Shown: positions 26,898 to 39,433, counted from the stretch's first letter. The stretch is 64,000 bases of DNA from an uncultured delta proteobacterium (GCA_963771175.1 CAVYSY010000005.1:1-64000); one strand, 5' to 3'. Made by a program: numbers and translations. The notes: generated by a model from the letters alone, not told the origin.

Positions 26898-27885
26898 ATG
26901 CGAGCGAGCGGGCGGTGGTGTTGCGTCGTGGCGGCCGTGGGGATGGTGGCCTGCGGGGGCGAGGTGCTGGTGGAGCCCGAGGAACACCTCGGTGAGCAGG
27001 CGGCGGCGCTGGCGGTATCCAATGGCACCAGGCTGAATGGCACCAACCTGAACGGGACGAACCTGAACGGAACGAACCTGAATGGCAGCCCGCTGTCGGG
27101 GGTGCTCGTCTCGGTCGACTACGCGGGCGCTCGCACCGACAAGGTGTCCGGCGTGCGGCGGCTGGGCACGTTCGACGCCGTGTGGCTGGAGGGCTCGGTC
27201 TTCCACGGCCGGTCCCGGGGGCGATACCTGTTCGGGCTCGATTTCCAGCGCGCGCGCTTCACGGGCAACCTGGGCAGTGGCCAGACGGTGGAATTGCGCG
27301 TGGACGCCATCACTCCGGGCTCGGCGGAGAGCCCGGACGTGTGGGCGTATCGGGTCTCCTACCGCGCGCCGACGGATGGCCGGTGGTACCCGCTCTGCGA
27401 GGATGCGAGTGGCCAGCCGGCGGCTGCCATCGCCGTGGCGGGGCGCTGGGACTACCGACAGGGGCTGCCGGGCGTGGGCGGTGCGAAGTACGACGACCCC
27501 CGCACCTTCACCTTCGCGTGCGAGGGCGCGGCGATCGCGAAGTGCATCCGCTTTGGCTACAGGCCGTGGGCGAGCGTCGACGGCGTGAGCCTCGCGGCGC
27601 TCCACCAGGCCTGCACGCGCCTCATCCGTGCGGACTACTGCGGCGACGGCACCTCGCACACCGTGAATGGGCAGTGGGTGAACATCATCGACGCGCTGGG
27701 CGTGCAGCGGGACTCCGAGCGCTGGGCGCTGGAAGCGGAGTGGGACGCCGAGGGCGCGCGCTGCTTCACGGACTACAACCGAGCCCGAGCACCCGTGTCG
27801 TGTCCGGAGATCCGGATGAAGACGCAGTGCGGCACGTCTGGAGGCCTTCTCCACTGGCACGTTGCTGCGCAGCGAGACGCCGTAG
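26898..27885 (+). CDS. ADYC-domain lipoprotein with pentapeptide repeats; frameshift near 27840
   Basis: Lipobox MVAC; NGTRL-NGTNL-NGTNL-NGTNL-NGSPL; FTFAC...AKC...GYRPW...ACTRLIRADYCGDG; an alternative frame ends AFSTGTLLRSETP-stop just before the convergent gene. Confidence 0.8.
27021..27095 (+). repeat. Five degenerate 15-bp coding repeats (NGxxL pentapeptides)
   Basis: aatggcaccaggctg aatggcaccaacctg aacgggacgaacctg aacggaacgaacctg aatggcagcccgctg. Confidence 0.85.
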
Positions 27886-27902
27886 CGCCCGGCGGCCCTC
27901 TC

Positions 27903-29422
27903 CTAGGGGGCGCACGGCTGGGGAGACGGCTTGCCGAGGAAGTCCACCTGGAGCCCGCCGTACTCCGAGCGACCGAACTCCATGCGCCACGCGTGCAGCA
28001 CCGCCACCCGCCAGGCGATGTTCAGCCCCAGGCCCTGCCCACCGAGCCCGCGCGTGCGCGCCGTGTTGCCCCGGACACCCCTCTCGAGGATGCCCGGCAG
28101 CTCGCTGTCGGGGATGCCGGGTCCATCATCGAGCACCCGCAGGCGGAAGGTGTCTCCGGGCTGGCGCTCGAGCACGACGGCGACATGGCCCTCGCGCGAG
28201 TTGTAGCGCACGGCGTTGTAGATGACGTTGCTCACCGCTTGCTCGATGAGCGTGACGTCTCCGTCCACCACCAGCGGCGACTCGGGGACGGCGCACTCGA
28301 GCGCCACGCCCGGACTGGCGCGCGATGGGACGGTGGCGGCCCATGCACCGCTCCACCAGGGCGTTGAGGTCCACCGGCCCGCGCTGCACGCTCGGCTCAC
28401 CCGCCTCCAGCCGGGCCGCCGCGCCCAGGTTGTGGATGAGCGCCGCCATGTAGTGCGCCTCCTGGCTGGCCGCCGCGACGACTGATGCCTCCATCGGCTC
28501 GCCTCGGGCCGCGCGCCGCTGCAGCTCGGCCAGGTGGCCCTGGAGTACCGTCAGGGGGAGCATCACGTCATGCGTGGTGTTTCCGAGGAAGGTGCGCAGC
28601 GCCTGTTCCCGCTTCTCCTTGAGGTCCATCTGCGCGCGCACCTCGTGCCCCGCCTCGTCGAAGGCGCGTGCCAGTTCGGAGATTTCATCGTTGCCCTGGA
28701 GGGTGATGGAGCCCTGGTAGGCGCTGCCGGCGAAGGCCCGCACCTCACGGGTGAGCTGCCGGAGGCGATGCACCACGGGCCCCACTGTGAGCAGCACGCC
28801 CGCCAGGGCGATCAGCATGGGCAGCAGCCAGAGGTCGGGAGGGGGGAGCAGGGGCTGCCGTGCTCCCCGGTCGGGGTGCTCCATCCGTTGGGCGAGCACG
28901 AAGGCGCACGGGCCGGACGCCCAGGCATGCGCACCAGCACCTCGCGCGGGCCACGGGGTCCAAACCCGGGGAACCCGGAGGACGGGCTGGCCGACTCCTG
29001 CCCCTGCCGCAGGTCTTCCACGAGCCCTTCATCCAGAGGGGGCGCGGCGGGGTTGCGGGCCGAGAAGCGGGCATCGTAGGCGAACAGCCGGACTTCACCC
29101 CTTCGAGGGGGAGCCCTGCTTCCGGGCGGAGGTGGCGGGCCCTCTCCCGACCGACCCGGATGCGGGGGCGGCTCCCCCCATCCCATGGGCGGCGGGGCGG
29201 GCGGTCGCGGTGCGACGGTCGAGCCAGGGGCGCGTTGCTCCAGGTCGTGGGAGCGGCCTCGCACTGCTCCCGCCCTCCCGAGAGCATGTGCGTGAGGGCG
29301 TACTCGGCGAGGGCCGACTCGCGCGCTCTCTCCTCGACGGCCGTGTGGACCCACGCCAGGCCCATCGCGACGGGGAGCGCCACCGCCATCGTCGTGAGCG
29401 CCAGCCGCATCCGCAGCTTCAT
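27903..29422 (-). CDS. HAMP-domain sensor histidine kinase; several frameshifts
   Basis: Start overlaps the regulator stop; DEISELARAF (HAMP), TTHDVMLPL (H-box), NVIYNAVRY, DDGPGI, GQGLGL in successive frames. Confidence 0.85.
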
Positions 29423-30093
29423 GGGTCCTCGCCCTCTCCGAGCCGGTAGCCGATGCCCCACACCGTCTCGATGTGCTTGCCCGGGCCGAGCTTGCGCCGC
29501 AGCCGCGACACATGAACGTCCAGCGTCCGCTCGGTGCCCTCGCGCTCCGGATCCAACACGTTCTCCACCAGCCACTGGCGCGTCACCGCCGCCCCGGGTC
29601 GACGGGCGAGCGCGGCCAACAGGTCGAACTCCACGCGCGTGAGCTCCACCGGGGTGCCGTGGACGCGCACCTCGCGGGCCTGGAGGTCCACGTGCAGCGC
29701 GCCGATGTCGACGCCGCTGTCCTGCCGCTGCAGCACTGGCCGGCGCAGCCGCGCGCGCACGCGCTCCACCAACTCCTCGGGCCAGAAGGGCTTGGTCATG
29801 TAGTCGTCGGCCCCCAACTTCAGCGCCCGCACCTTGTCCGCGGTGTCATTGCGCGCGCTGAGGATGAGCACTGGCACGTCCGAGCCATCCCGGAGCTGCT
29901 TGAGGATGTCCATCCCGTAGGTGCCGGGGAGCATCAGGTCGAGGATGATGAGCCTCCAGGTCGCCGCCTCGTCCGGGCGCAGTGCGCGCCCCTCGGTCCA
30001 CCAGGTGGGCTCGAAGCCCGCCCGCCCCAGGTGGTCGACAATCTGTGCTCCCAGCTGCCGGTCATCCTCGATGAGCAGGATGCGCTCACCCAT
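29419..30093 (-). CDS. OmpR/PhoB-family response regulator
   Basis: LLIEDD, ILDLMLPG, GADDYMTKPF, RTLDVHVSRLRRKL, IETVWGIGYR. Confidence 0.95.
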   Translation of the reverse strand: MGERILLIEDDRQLGAQIVDHLGRAGFEPTWWTEGRALRPDEAATWRLIILDLMLPGTYGMDILKQLRDGSDVPVLILSARNDTADKVRALKLGADDYMTKPFWPEELVERVRARLRRPVLQRQDSGVDIGALHVDLQAREVRVHGTPVELTRVEFDLLAALARRPGAAVTRQWLVENVLDPEREGTERTLDVHVSRLRRKLGPGKHIETVWGIGYRLGEGEDP

Positions 30094-30174
30094 GGCCTTG
30101 TCCTCTCCAGAAGTCGTGGCCGCCCCATCCGGGTGGGCACCACCCCTACTTGTGCCCCGTCGTACCGGAAGCGT

Positions 30175-30192
30175 CGTAAGAGAATCTTAAGA
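30175..30192. promoter_or_regulatory. Candidate OmpR-family binding site (11-bp-period direct repeat)
   Basis: CGTAAGA-GAAT-CTTAAGA; TAAGA starts at 30177 and 30188 in an AT-rich patch between the divergent regulator and lipoprotein genes. Confidence 0.55.
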
Positions 30193-30271
30193 CATGGCTC
30201 CTAGCTTGAGTCTCGGCGGGGCCGGCCGGGGCCTCGCCATTCCGACACCCAGGGTGTCGAGGAGCGATGAC

Positions 30272-31297
30272 ATGAGGTCTTGGCTGGAGTCGAAGAGGGG
30301 GCAGGGCAGGTTGCTGGGCACGGTGCTGCTCGCGGCGGCACTGGGCACCGGCTGTGGCGGCGCGTCGAGCGAGGAGGAGACGCCCGCCGCCCAGGCGAGC
30401 GAGGCCCTGGGCACGGCGAGCGATTCCGCCCACTCGATGGAGCTGGAGCGGCTCATCGCGGGGCTGGACGGAGACCTGAAGCGGGAGCAGCACGAGGCCT
30501 TCCGGTGCGACCCCGAGCCGGAGGTCACCGAGGTGCAGGTGTGCGACAAGACGGTGCCCTCGCGAATGCGCTTCGAGTGGACGGAGTGCAGCCGCGCGCC
30601 GTTCCAGCGCCCTCCTCCCGAGGCGGGCCAGACGCAGGATGGACAGTGGATGCCGCGGGGCGGTGGACTGCCTCCGCCGGGGGATGCGGCTCCCACGAGC
30701 TCCAGCGGCACGGTGGAGCTCGTCAACGACGTCATCGTGACGCCGGAGGGCACCTGCGGTCCGGAGACGCGCCTCGACAGCCTGCAGAGCGCGACCTTCT
30801 CCACCACGCACACCAGGCCGGACGGGAGTGTCGTGACCTTCCAGGGGACGGCCACCTCGAGCGGGAACCGCCTGGTCAGCGAGACGAGCTTCACCCGCAC
30901 CGGCACGGTCGACACCACGCGCGAGGTCCGGGACGCGGAGGGGCAGGTGGTGCGGAGCCTTCACCTCTCTGGCACGCTCTCCGTCGCCTTCGACGGCTCC
31001 GGCGAGGAGCCGGTCCGCATCCTGAGCGGCAAGTTCGACGCGGCGCTCGCGGATGGCACCACCTCGGTTATCACCGTGGAGGAGCTGCGCCGGACGCGGG
31101 GCTGCCGCTGGCCGATCGCCGGCACGGTGGTCCAGACCCAGGCGGATGGCACCGAGCACGTGTTGGGCTTCGGCCCCGAGTGCGGCTCGGCCACGCTCGA
31201 TGGCGAGGCGTACGAGCTGCGGGGTGGCCATCACGGGCGGGAGGGGCGTGACGGAGGCCGTCTGGGCGGCCCCGGTCCCTTCATCGGCTCCCGCTGA
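30272..31297 (+). CDS. Hypothetical beta-rich lipoprotein
   Basis: RBS GAGGAG; signal ending LGTGC; Thr/Val-rich strands, CRWPIAGT and FGPECG. Confidence 0.75.
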   Translation: MRSWLESKRGQGRLLGTVLLAAALGTGCGGASSEEETPAAQASEALGTASDSAHSMELERLIAGLDGDLKREQHEAFRCDPEPEVTEVQVCDKTVPSRMRFEWTECSRAPFQRPPPEAGQTQDGQWMPRGGGLPPPGDAAPTSSSGTVELVNDVIVTPEGTCGPETRLDSLQSATFSTTHTRPDGSVVTFQGTATSSGNRLVSETSFTRTGTVDTTREVRDAEGQVVRSLHLSGTLSVAFDGSGEEPVRILSGKFDAALADGTTSVITVEELRRTRGCRWPIAGTVVQTQADGTEHVLGFGPECGSATLDGEAYELRGGHHGREGRDGGRLGGPGPFIGSR

Positions 31298-31457
31298 ACC
31301 TTCACCCCTCGCGCGGTCTCGAGCGTCCACCCAAGGACGGGCCCACCAGGCAGGCAGGCGTCCGGCAGCGGCGGATGTGTGACATCCGGACGCTCTCGGG
31401 ATGCAAACGCGCCGCATCATGCGCATCCCACCTCCGCGTATCAGGAGGTGGGGTGGC

Positions 31458-32681
31458 GTGAGCGAGCGCACGAGGTGCCAGGGAGCGGGGAGACGTGTGG
31501 CCTCGTACGGAGGAGGCGCGTGCGGGCTCCTCGTGCTGCTGGGCCTGGTGGTGCTCGTGGGGTGCAAGCGAGGCGGGTCGGCGCCCCAGCCCCAGGAGCA
31601 GGCACCGGTGGAGCTCGGGCCGGAGGACGTGGTGCGCGTGGAGCCGCGCGAGCTGCGGAGCGGGCCCGTCCTCTCCGGCACGCTCCAGGCCCGGCGCGCC
31701 GCCACCATGCGGGCCGAGGTCCAGGGCGCCGTGCTGGAGATGGCCGTCGAGCAGGGCCAGCGGGTGAAGAAGGGCCAGCCCCTCGCGCGCATCGAGGCGC
31801 TCGCGCTGGAGGACCAGTACCTCGCCGCGCGCACGGCGGTGCAGGTGGCGCGCAACGGCGTGGAGGTGGCCCGTGTCGAGGAGGCGCGCAACCGCAAGCT
31901 GGTCGACGCGGGCGTCATCACCCGGCGCGACTATGAGCGGGCGGAGCTCGCGCGCCGGCAGGCCGAGGCGCAGCTCTCCGAGGCCAGGGCCCGCATGGCG
32001 CTCTCGCGCAGATCAGGTGGACCGCACCCGCATCCGCGCCCCCTTCGACGGGGTGGTGAGCGAGCGCCACGCCAGCGCGGGTGACATCGTCCAGCCGGGC
32101 GCGCCGCTCTACACCGTCATCGACCCCACCAGTCTGCGGCTGGAGGCCTCGGTGCCGGCCTCGCAGCTCGAGACGCTGAAGCCCGGGGCCCGCGTGGACT
32201 TCTCCGTCAGCGGCTATGGAGACCGCACCTTCCAGGGCCGCATCGAGCGCATCAATCCCGCGGTGGACCCGGCCACCGGCCAGGTGCGCCTCTACGTCGC
32301 CCTCCCCAACACCGAGCAGTCGCTGCTCACCGGGCTCTTCGCGGAGGGCCGGGTGGCGGCGCTCCGGCGCGAGGTGCCCGCGGTGCCCGTGTCCGCGGTG
32401 GACACGCGCGCCGAGCCTCCCGCGGTGCTGCGGGTGAAGGACGGCCGGGTGGAGCGCGTGGGCGTGACGCTGGGCCTGACGGACGACATCGCCCAGTGGG
32501 TGGAGCTGCGCTCCGGCGTACAGCCCGGGGACGTGGTGCTGAGGGGCTCGGCGCGGGACCTGGCCGAGGGCACCCGCGTGGAGCTGCGGCTGCCCGAGCA
32601 GCCCAGGAGCCGGAGCCGGGCGTGGGCGGTGCCGGCACTCCGCCGGTCCCGGAGCAGCCCCAGGAGTCCGAGCCCCACTGA
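31458..32681 (+). CDS. RND efflux periplasmic adaptor (membrane fusion protein); frameshifted
   Basis: Lipobox LVGC; GQRVKKGQPLARI; IRAPFDGVV; RINPAVDPAT. Confidence 0.9.
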
Positions 32682-32715
32682 GTCCCGCGCCCACCTTCAT
32701 CGAGGGAGAGCTCCC

Positions 32716-35700
32716 GTGTTCATCTCCGACTTCGCCATCAAGAAGCCCATCGTCACCATCACCGCCATGTTGGCGCTGGTGGTGTTCGGCCTGGTGGCGC
32801 TCGCTGGTGCTGCAGACGGACGAGTTCCCGGACATCCAGCAGCCCATCATCAACGTCACCATCGCCTACCCGGGCGCCTCGCCGGAGGTGGTCGAGCGCG
32901 AGGTGGTGGAGCCCGTCGAGGACGCCCTCTTCAGCATCAGCGGGGTGGACGCCGCGAAGTCCACCTCCAGCGCCACGGACGGCCTCGCGCAGTTCACCGT
33001 CTTCTTCGACTACGAGAAGGACCTGCAGCAGGCGTCCCAGGACGTGCGCGACGCCATCTCCAGCAAGCGCAACGACCTGCCGCTGGAGATGGAGGAGCCC
33101 GTCCTCACGCGCTTCGATCCGGCGGACCTGCCCATCATCTCGCTGGCCATCACCTCGGAGACGCTGCCGGCCACGGCGCTCACCCGGCTGGTGGACCCGG
33201 GCATCGTGGGCGAGCTGCGCTCCATTCCGGGCGTGGCCCAGGCCTCGGTGGTGGGCGGCATCGAGCGGGAGATGACGGTGTTCAGGTGCGCCCGGTGGCG
33301 CTGCAGGCCGCGGGGCTGAGCATCGCGCAGGTGGTGCAGGCGCTGCAGGCGCAGAACCTCGCGGCGCCGGTGGGCCGGCTGGACGGGCCGCTGGAGGAGA
33401 CGCACCATCCGCCTCAAGGGCCGGCTGGAGACGCCCGAGGACTTCGCGCGCGTCGTCATCGCCGAGCGCGGCGGCCGTCCCATCCGCCTCGGCGCAGGTG
33501 GCCCAGGTGTTCGACGGCACCGAGGAGCCGCGCACCCTGGCGCTCTACAACGGCGGCGAGGCGGTGGGCATCGACATCCTCAAGGCCAAGGGCTACAGCA
33601 CCACCGAGGTGGCCGACGCCGTCCGCGAGCGCGTCGCCGAGCTCCAGCAGCACGCTGCCCGCGGGCGTGAAGCTGGAGATGGTGCGCGACGCGGGCGTGC
33701 GGGTGGAGCGAGGCGGTGGAGAACGTGCAGGGCGCGCTGCTGGAGGGCGCGCTGCTCACCGTGCTGGTGGTGTTCCTCTTCCTCAACTCGTGGCGCTCCA
33801 CGGTGATCACGGGCCTGGCGCTGCCGGTGAGCGTGCTGGCCTCCTTCATCAGCGTGTGGGCGTTCGGCTTCACGCTCAACACCATGTCGCTGCTGGGCCT
33901 CGTCGCTGGCCATCGGCATCCTCATCGACGACGCCATCGTGGTGCGCGAGAACATCGTGCGCCACATCGAGCTGGGGAAGGACCACTACACGGCCTCGCG
34001 CGAGGGCACGAGCGAGATTGGCCTCGCGGTGGCGGCGACGACGTTCTCCATCGTGGCGGTGTTCGTCCCGGTGGCCTTCATGTACGGGGTGGCCGGGCAG
34101 TGGTTCAAGCCCTTCGCCCTCACCATCGCGTGCTCGGTGCTGGTGTCGCTCTTCGTGAGCTTCTCGCTGGACCCGATGCTCTCGGCGTACTGGCCGGACC
34201 CGGCGGTGGAGCAGGGGGCGCGCAAGGGCCCCATCTCGCGGGTGCTCGTCGCGCTTCAACCACTGGTTCGACCGGCAGGCGGACCACTACAAGCGCGTCA
34301 TCGCCTGGGCGCTGGACCACCGGCTGGCCATGGTGCTGTTGGCGGTGGGCTCGCTGGTGGGCGCGCTGGTGCTCCAGGCCACCCTGGGCGGGGCGGGCTT
34401 CGTCCCGGTGAGCGACCGCGCGGAGATTGAGATGCTGGTGGAGACGCCCGCCGGGCTCCAGCCTCGACTACACGCGGCGCAAGGTACGCGAGGTGTCCCG
34501 CCTCGCGCGCGAGCCACCCGGAGGTGGCGTACACCTTCACCACCATCGGCACGCCGCTGCCGCTGCGCTCGCCGGGCGTGGACCAGGCGCTGGTGTACGT
34601 GCGGCTCGACGCCCAAGGCGAGCGCGAGCTGAGCCAGGAGGAGCTCGGCGTCATCCTGCGACAGGGAGATGGCGCGCGTGGCCGGGGCGAGGGTGTCCGT
34701 CTTCACCAGCGGCTTCGGCGGAGCCTTCAAGGCGATTCAGTTGGAGCTGCGCGGGCCGGACGCGCGGGAGCTGTCGCGGCTGGCCGAGCAGGTGCGCCGC
34801 GAGGTGGAGCAGGTGCCGGGCGCGGTGGACGTGGGCCTGTCCACGCGCGGGCAGAAGCCGGAGGTGGAGGTGGAGGTGGACCGCGGCGTGGCGGGCCGGC
34901 TCGACGTGACGGTGGGCCAGGTGGCGCAGGCGCTGCGCGCGGCCTTCGCGGGAGTGGACTCGGGAGACTGGGTGGACCCCTCGGGCGAGACGCGCGACGT
35001 GGTGGTGCGGCTGGTCCCCGAATCCGCGCATGCGCCCGAGTGACCTGGTGCAGACTCCCCCTGGTGGCGGGCGCGGGGCCGGACGGCACGCCGGCGCTGG
35101 TGCCCCTGGGGCAGGTGGCGCGCATCCGCGAGACGGTGGGGCCCGCTCAAATCAACCACCTCAACCGCGAGAGGGTCATCAACGTGCAGGCCAACGTGCA
35201 GGGGCGCTCGCTGTCGGAGGTGATGACGGACATCCGGGCGCGGATGGCGCAGGTGCGGCTGCCGCCGGGCTACGAGCTGAGCGAGGGCGGCGAGGCTCGC
35301 GACCAGGCCGAGGTGTTCGGCCGCGTCTTCCTCGCGCTCGCGGTGGCGGTGCTGCTGATGTACCTCATCCTGGTCATCCAGTTCGGCTCGTTCCTGGACC
35401 CGGTGGCCATCCTCGTCTCGCTGCCGCTGTCGCTCATCGGCGTGGTGCTGGCGCTGCTGGTGACGGGGGACACGCTCAACATCATGAGCCTCATCGGCGT
35501 CATCCTGCTGATGGGGATTGTCGCCAAGAACGCCATCCTGCTCATCGACTTCGCCAAGTGGGCGCATACGCGGGGCAAGCCGATGCGGGAGGCGCTCATC
35601 GAGGCGGGGCGCATCCGCCTGCGGCCCATCATGATGACGACGTTCGCCCTCATCGCCGGCATGGTGCCGGTGGCGCTGGGGTTGGGAGAGGGCGGCGACT

Positions 35701-35894
35701 TCCGGGCGCCGCTGGGACGGGCCGTCATCGGCGGCGTCATCACCTCCACGCTGCTGACGCTGCTGGTGATTCCGACGGTGTACGAAATCCTCCACGACGG
35801 GCGCACCTGGGCGATGGGCAGGCTGCGGCGCACCCTGGGGCCCGGGGAGCACAAGCCGGTGCCTGGTCCGCCCCAGGCTCGGCCGGGGGCGTGA
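32716..35894 (+). CDS. RND efflux permease (AcrB/MdtB family); many frameshifts
   Basis: [62 protein letters not shown]. Confidence 0.92.
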
Positions 35895-35954
35895 GGCGAG
35901 CGCCATGGAGGTGACGGGCTGAGGAGGGTCTCCGCAGTCCAGGGCGGCGCCGTC

Positions 35955-38150
35955 GTGCTGGTGGGGCTGGTGGTCCTGGTCGCGTGGGTGCTCGACATCT
36001 CCAGCATCAAGGGGCTGCGGGCGGGCCTGCCCACGATGAAGGCCAACACGGCCCTGTGCTTCATCCTCTCCGGGGCCGCGCTCCTGCTGGCGAGCCTTCC
36101 CCGGCAGAGCGCCTTCGTGCGGCACGCCACACGGGCCGGCGCGGGGTTCGTCGGTCTCATCGCGGGCCTGTCGTTTGCCCAGTACCTCTTCGACGTGAAC
36201 CTGGGCCTCGATGAGCTCCTCGTGACGGACAAGGCCCGCGGCGTGGAGCTCGGTCACCCGGGGCGGATGGCCCCCAACACGGCCCTCTGCTTCGTCCTGC
36301 TCGGGGGGGCGCTCCTCTTCCTCGATGTGCGGACGCGGTGGGGGGGCTGGCCCTCGCAGTGGCTCGCGGCCCTCGCCGGAGTCATCGCGCTGGTGGCCTT
36401 CGTGGGCTACCTCTACGGGCAGCAGGAGTTCACCGGCATCTCCCGCTACGCGCAGATGGCGCTCCACACCACGGTGTGCTTCCTGCTGCTCTCCACCGGT
36501 GTCTTCACCGTCCGCCCGGAGCGCGGCTTCATGAAGGTCGTCACCTACTCGGGCGTGGGAGGCGTGCTCGCGCGCTGGCTGCTGCCGCCGGCGCTTGTCC
36601 TCCCCATCCTCCTGGGCGGGCTGGTGCTGTGGGGCCACCGGGTGGAGGCCTTCGCCTTGCCCTTCGCGGTGGCGCTCATCGCCACGGGCAACGTCGTCGC
36701 CTTCGCCGCGCTGGTGTGGGGGGCCGCGTTCGCTTTGGACCGGGTGGAGGCCCGGCGCCTGCGGGGCGAGGAGGAGCGGATGCGGCTGGTGGCCCGGGAG
36801 CAGGCCGCGCGCGCCGAGGCCGCCGCCCAGATGCGCGAGCGCTCCCGGGCCGAGGCCGCCGAGCAGGAGGCCAGCACGCTCGCCGCGGCCCAGCGCTTCC
36901 TCTCGGAGGCGGGCGTCTCCATGTCGGCCTCGCTCGACGAGGCGGAGACGCTCTCCACCCTCACCTGGCTCGCGGTGCCCCGGCTCGGCGACTGGTGCGT
37001 GGTGGACCTGCTGGAGCCAGAGGGAGCCACGCGGCAGGTGGCGGCCACCCACGTGGACTCGGCCCGGGCCGCGCACCTGGCGGAGCTCGCGGAACGGCGC
37101 CCGACGGAGCCGGCGGAGTCCGGCACCCTGGCGCACGTGCTGCGCACGGGTCAGCCCCTGCTGCTTCCGGACCTGGACGGCCCCCGGCGGCTCGCGGACG
37201 TGCTGGGCGTGCAGCGGGTGGAGCCGTTGCATGTGCTCGGGGTGCGCTCGGCCATGGTGGTCCCGCTCCTGGTGCACGGCGAGCCGTTCGGCGCCATCAC
37301 CTTCGTGTCGTCGCGCACCGAGCGGCGCTTCACCGAGGCGGACCTCTCCCTGGCCGAGGAGTTCGGCCGGCGCGCGGCGGTGGCGGTGGAGAACTCCCGG
37401 CTCTTCCTCGAGGCCCAGCATGCGGTCCGCACCCGCGAGGAGGTGCTGGCCGTGGTGAGCCACGACTTGAAGAACCCGCTGGGCAGCATCGCGCTGAGCG
37501 TCCAGCTCCTGCGCCGGCTCCTCCCCGAGGGCGAGGTGGGCGAGCGGATGCGCAAACACACCCACACCATCGAGCGCTCGGTGGAGCGGATGGAGCGGCT
37601 CATCCGCGACCTGCTCGACATGGCGAGCCTCCAGGCCGGCCGGTTGACGCTGGACCTGAGGCGCTACGCGGCGGACGACCTGGTGCGCGAGGGGCTGGCG
37701 CTGCTCGAGCCGCTGGCCATCCAGAAGCGGATTGAATTGCGGACGCGACTGCCCCGGGAGCGGAGCTGGGTGCGCTGCGACCGGGAGCGCTTCTTCCAGG
37801 TGCTGACCAACCTGGTGGGCAACGCCCTCAAGTTCACTCCCGAGGACGGGAGCGTGACGGTGGAGGTGGAGCCCCAGGGGGACTTCGTGCGCTTCTCCGT
37901 GCGCGACACCGGCCCGGGCATCTCCGCCGAGGCACTGCCCCACCTCTTCGAGCCCTTCTGGCAGGCCAAGGGGGCGGCGAGGCAGGGGACGGGGCTGGGC
38001 CTCTCCATCAGCCGGGGCCTCGTGGGGGCCCACGGTGGCTGGCTGGAAGTGGAGAGCGAGCAGGGGCGGGGGAGCACCTTCTCCTTCACCCTGCCCCGGG
38101 CCTCCCTGACGGCCGAGCGGGAGCGGGCCCCGGGGCCCACGGTCCACTGA
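35955..38150 (+). CDS. Membrane sensor histidine kinase with GAF domain; true start probably slightly upstream
   Basis: TM repeats [29 protein letters not shown]...[31 protein letters not shown]. Confidence 0.92.
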   Translation: MLVGLVVLVAWVLDISSIKGLRAGLPTMKANTALCFILSGAALLLASLPRQSAFVRHATRAGAGFVGLIAGLSFAQYLFDVNLGLDELLVTDKARGVELGHPGRMAPNTALCFVLLGGALLFLDVRTRWGGWPSQWLAALAGVIALVAFVGYLYGQQEFTGISRYAQMALHTTVCFLLLSTGVFTVRPERGFMKVVTYSGVGGVLARWLLPPALVLPILLGGLVLWGHRVEAFALPFAVALIATGNVVAFAALVWGAAFALDRVEARRLRGEEERMRLVAREQAARAEAAAQMRERSRAEAAEQEASTLAAAQRFLSEAGVSMSASLDEAETLSTLTWLAVPRLGDWCVVDLLEPEGATRQVAATHVDSARAAHLAELAERRPTEPAESGTLAHVLRTGQPLLLPDLDGPRRLADVLGVQRVEPLHVLGVRSAMVVPLLVHGEPFGAITFVSSRTERRFTEADLSLAEEFGRRAAVAVENSRLFLEAQHAVRTREEVLAVVSHDLKNPLGSIALSVQLLRRLLPEGEVGERMRKHTHTIERSVERMERLIRDLLDMASLQAGRLTLDLRRYAADDLVREGLALLEPLAIQKRIELRTRLPRERSWVRCDRERFFQVLTNLVGNALKFTPEDGSVTVEVEPQGDFVRFSVRDTGPGISAEALPHLFEPFWQAKGAARQGTGLGLSISRGLVGAHGGWLEVESEQGRGSTFSFTLPRASLTAERERAPGPTVH

Positions 38151-38254
38151 ACAGACGGGCAAGCATCCTCTTCGAACACTCCTGGCGTGTGTGCCACACT
38201 GCCTCGCGTTCCGCGCCGCGCGGGCGGGGGACGAAGCCACTTCGGAGCACTTCG

Positions 38255-39394
38255 ATGACGGACGAGCGCTGGACGAACGAATTCCTGGATGCCATGCGCG
38301 AGCAGTGCGACCCGCCGGCCGACGAGGCGGTGCGGAGCCTCTTCGCGCAAGGGATGGTGGGCTCGGCCAATGAGCTGATGAAGCAACTGGTGGCCAAGGA
38401 GCGGGTGCACGCGGAGGAGCTCCCCGAGCCGCTGCGCGGCTACTTCGAGCAGAGTGCCCGGCTGCCCTCGTGGGCGGACAAGGAGCTCATCCGCGAGGGG
38501 CAGGCGGTGTTCAGCCGCTGCGGCCCGCTGTCGGTGGTGGCGCTGGTGTGCGCGGGGCTGCCCACCTGCTACGCGGGGGCCCAGGGGGTGCAGGTGCTCC
38601 ACCTCACCGCCCGGCTGCAGACGGACACCCGGCGCCGCATCGTGGAGACGGCGCAGATGGTGGTGGACGTGATGGGCCCGGGCGGGCTCGAGGACGACGG
38701 CTGGGGCATCCGGGACGCGCAGAAGGTGCGCCTGATGCACGCCGCCGTGCGCCACCTCATCCGGCAGAGCGGCCGATGGAACCCCGAGTGGGGCCAGCCC
38801 GTCAACCAGGAGGACATGGCCGGCACGCTGGTGTCGTTCTCGGTGGTGACCATCCGCGCGCTGATGAAGCTGGGCTACACCCTCTCCGCGCGCGAGGCGC
38901 AGGCCTACTACCATGCGTGGCGGGTGGTGGGTTACATCATGGGCGTGGACGAGCGCCTGCTGCCGGAGTCCTTCGAGGACGGCGAGCGCCTCACGGACCG
39001 CATCTTCGGGCGCGTGTTCCGCACCAGCGAAGAGGGCAAGGCGATGACGCGCGCCCTCGTCGAGCTGCTGGAGCACATCGTCCCCGGCGACCTCTTCGAT
39101 GGCATGTGCGCCACGCTCATCCGCCACCTGGTGGGGGACTCGACGGCGGACCTCATCGCCGTGCCGCCCTCGGACTGGACGCGCCACCTGGTGAAGCCGC
39201 TGAAGCTGCTGGGCTGGGTGATGGACGAGACGGACGAGCAGAGCCGGGTGAACGCGAAGCTCGCCGAGCTGTTCGGCCGCAAGCTGCTGGAGGGCATCGT
39301 CTGGGTGAGCCGCGGCACCGAGCGCCCGCCCTTCCGCATCCCCTCCGAATTGGGCGAGTCCTGGAAGGTGCGCAGCCGCGAGCAGCAGCTCTGA
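38255..39394 (+). CDS. MpaB/rubber-oxygenase-like (DUF2236) heme protein
   Basis: [52 protein letters not shown]. Confidence 0.85.
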   Translation: MTDERWTNEFLDAMREQCDPPADEAVRSLFAQGMVGSANELMKQLVAKERVHAEELPEPLRGYFEQSARLPSWADKELIREGQAVFSRCGPLSVVALVCAGLPTCYAGAQGVQVLHLTARLQTDTRRRIVETAQMVVDVMGPGGLEDDGWGIRDAQKVRLMHAAVRHLIRQSGRWNPEWGQPVNQEDMAGTLVSFSVVTIRALMKLGYTLSAREAQAYYHAWRVVGYIMGVDERLLPESFEDGERLTDRIFGRVFRTSEEGKAMTRALVELLEHIVPGDLFDGMCATLIRHLVGDSTADLIAVPPSDWTRHLVKPLKLLGWVMDETDEQSRVNAKLAELFGRKLLEGIVWVSRGTERPPFRIPSELGESWKVRSREQQL

Positions 39395-39433
39395 GGTGGC
39401 CCGGGCCCGTTGGGGGCCGGCCTGCCCGGCCCC

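Noticed and set aside
32716..35894. RND permease as a pseudogene or programmed-frameshift gene
   Set aside because: Indels are scattered, motifs are intact, and unrelated genes show the same pattern; sequencing error is more parsimonious.
34737..38240. 1167-aa minus-strand ORF
   Set aside because: Antisense shadow of the RND and kinase genes, common in high-GC DNA; no motifs.
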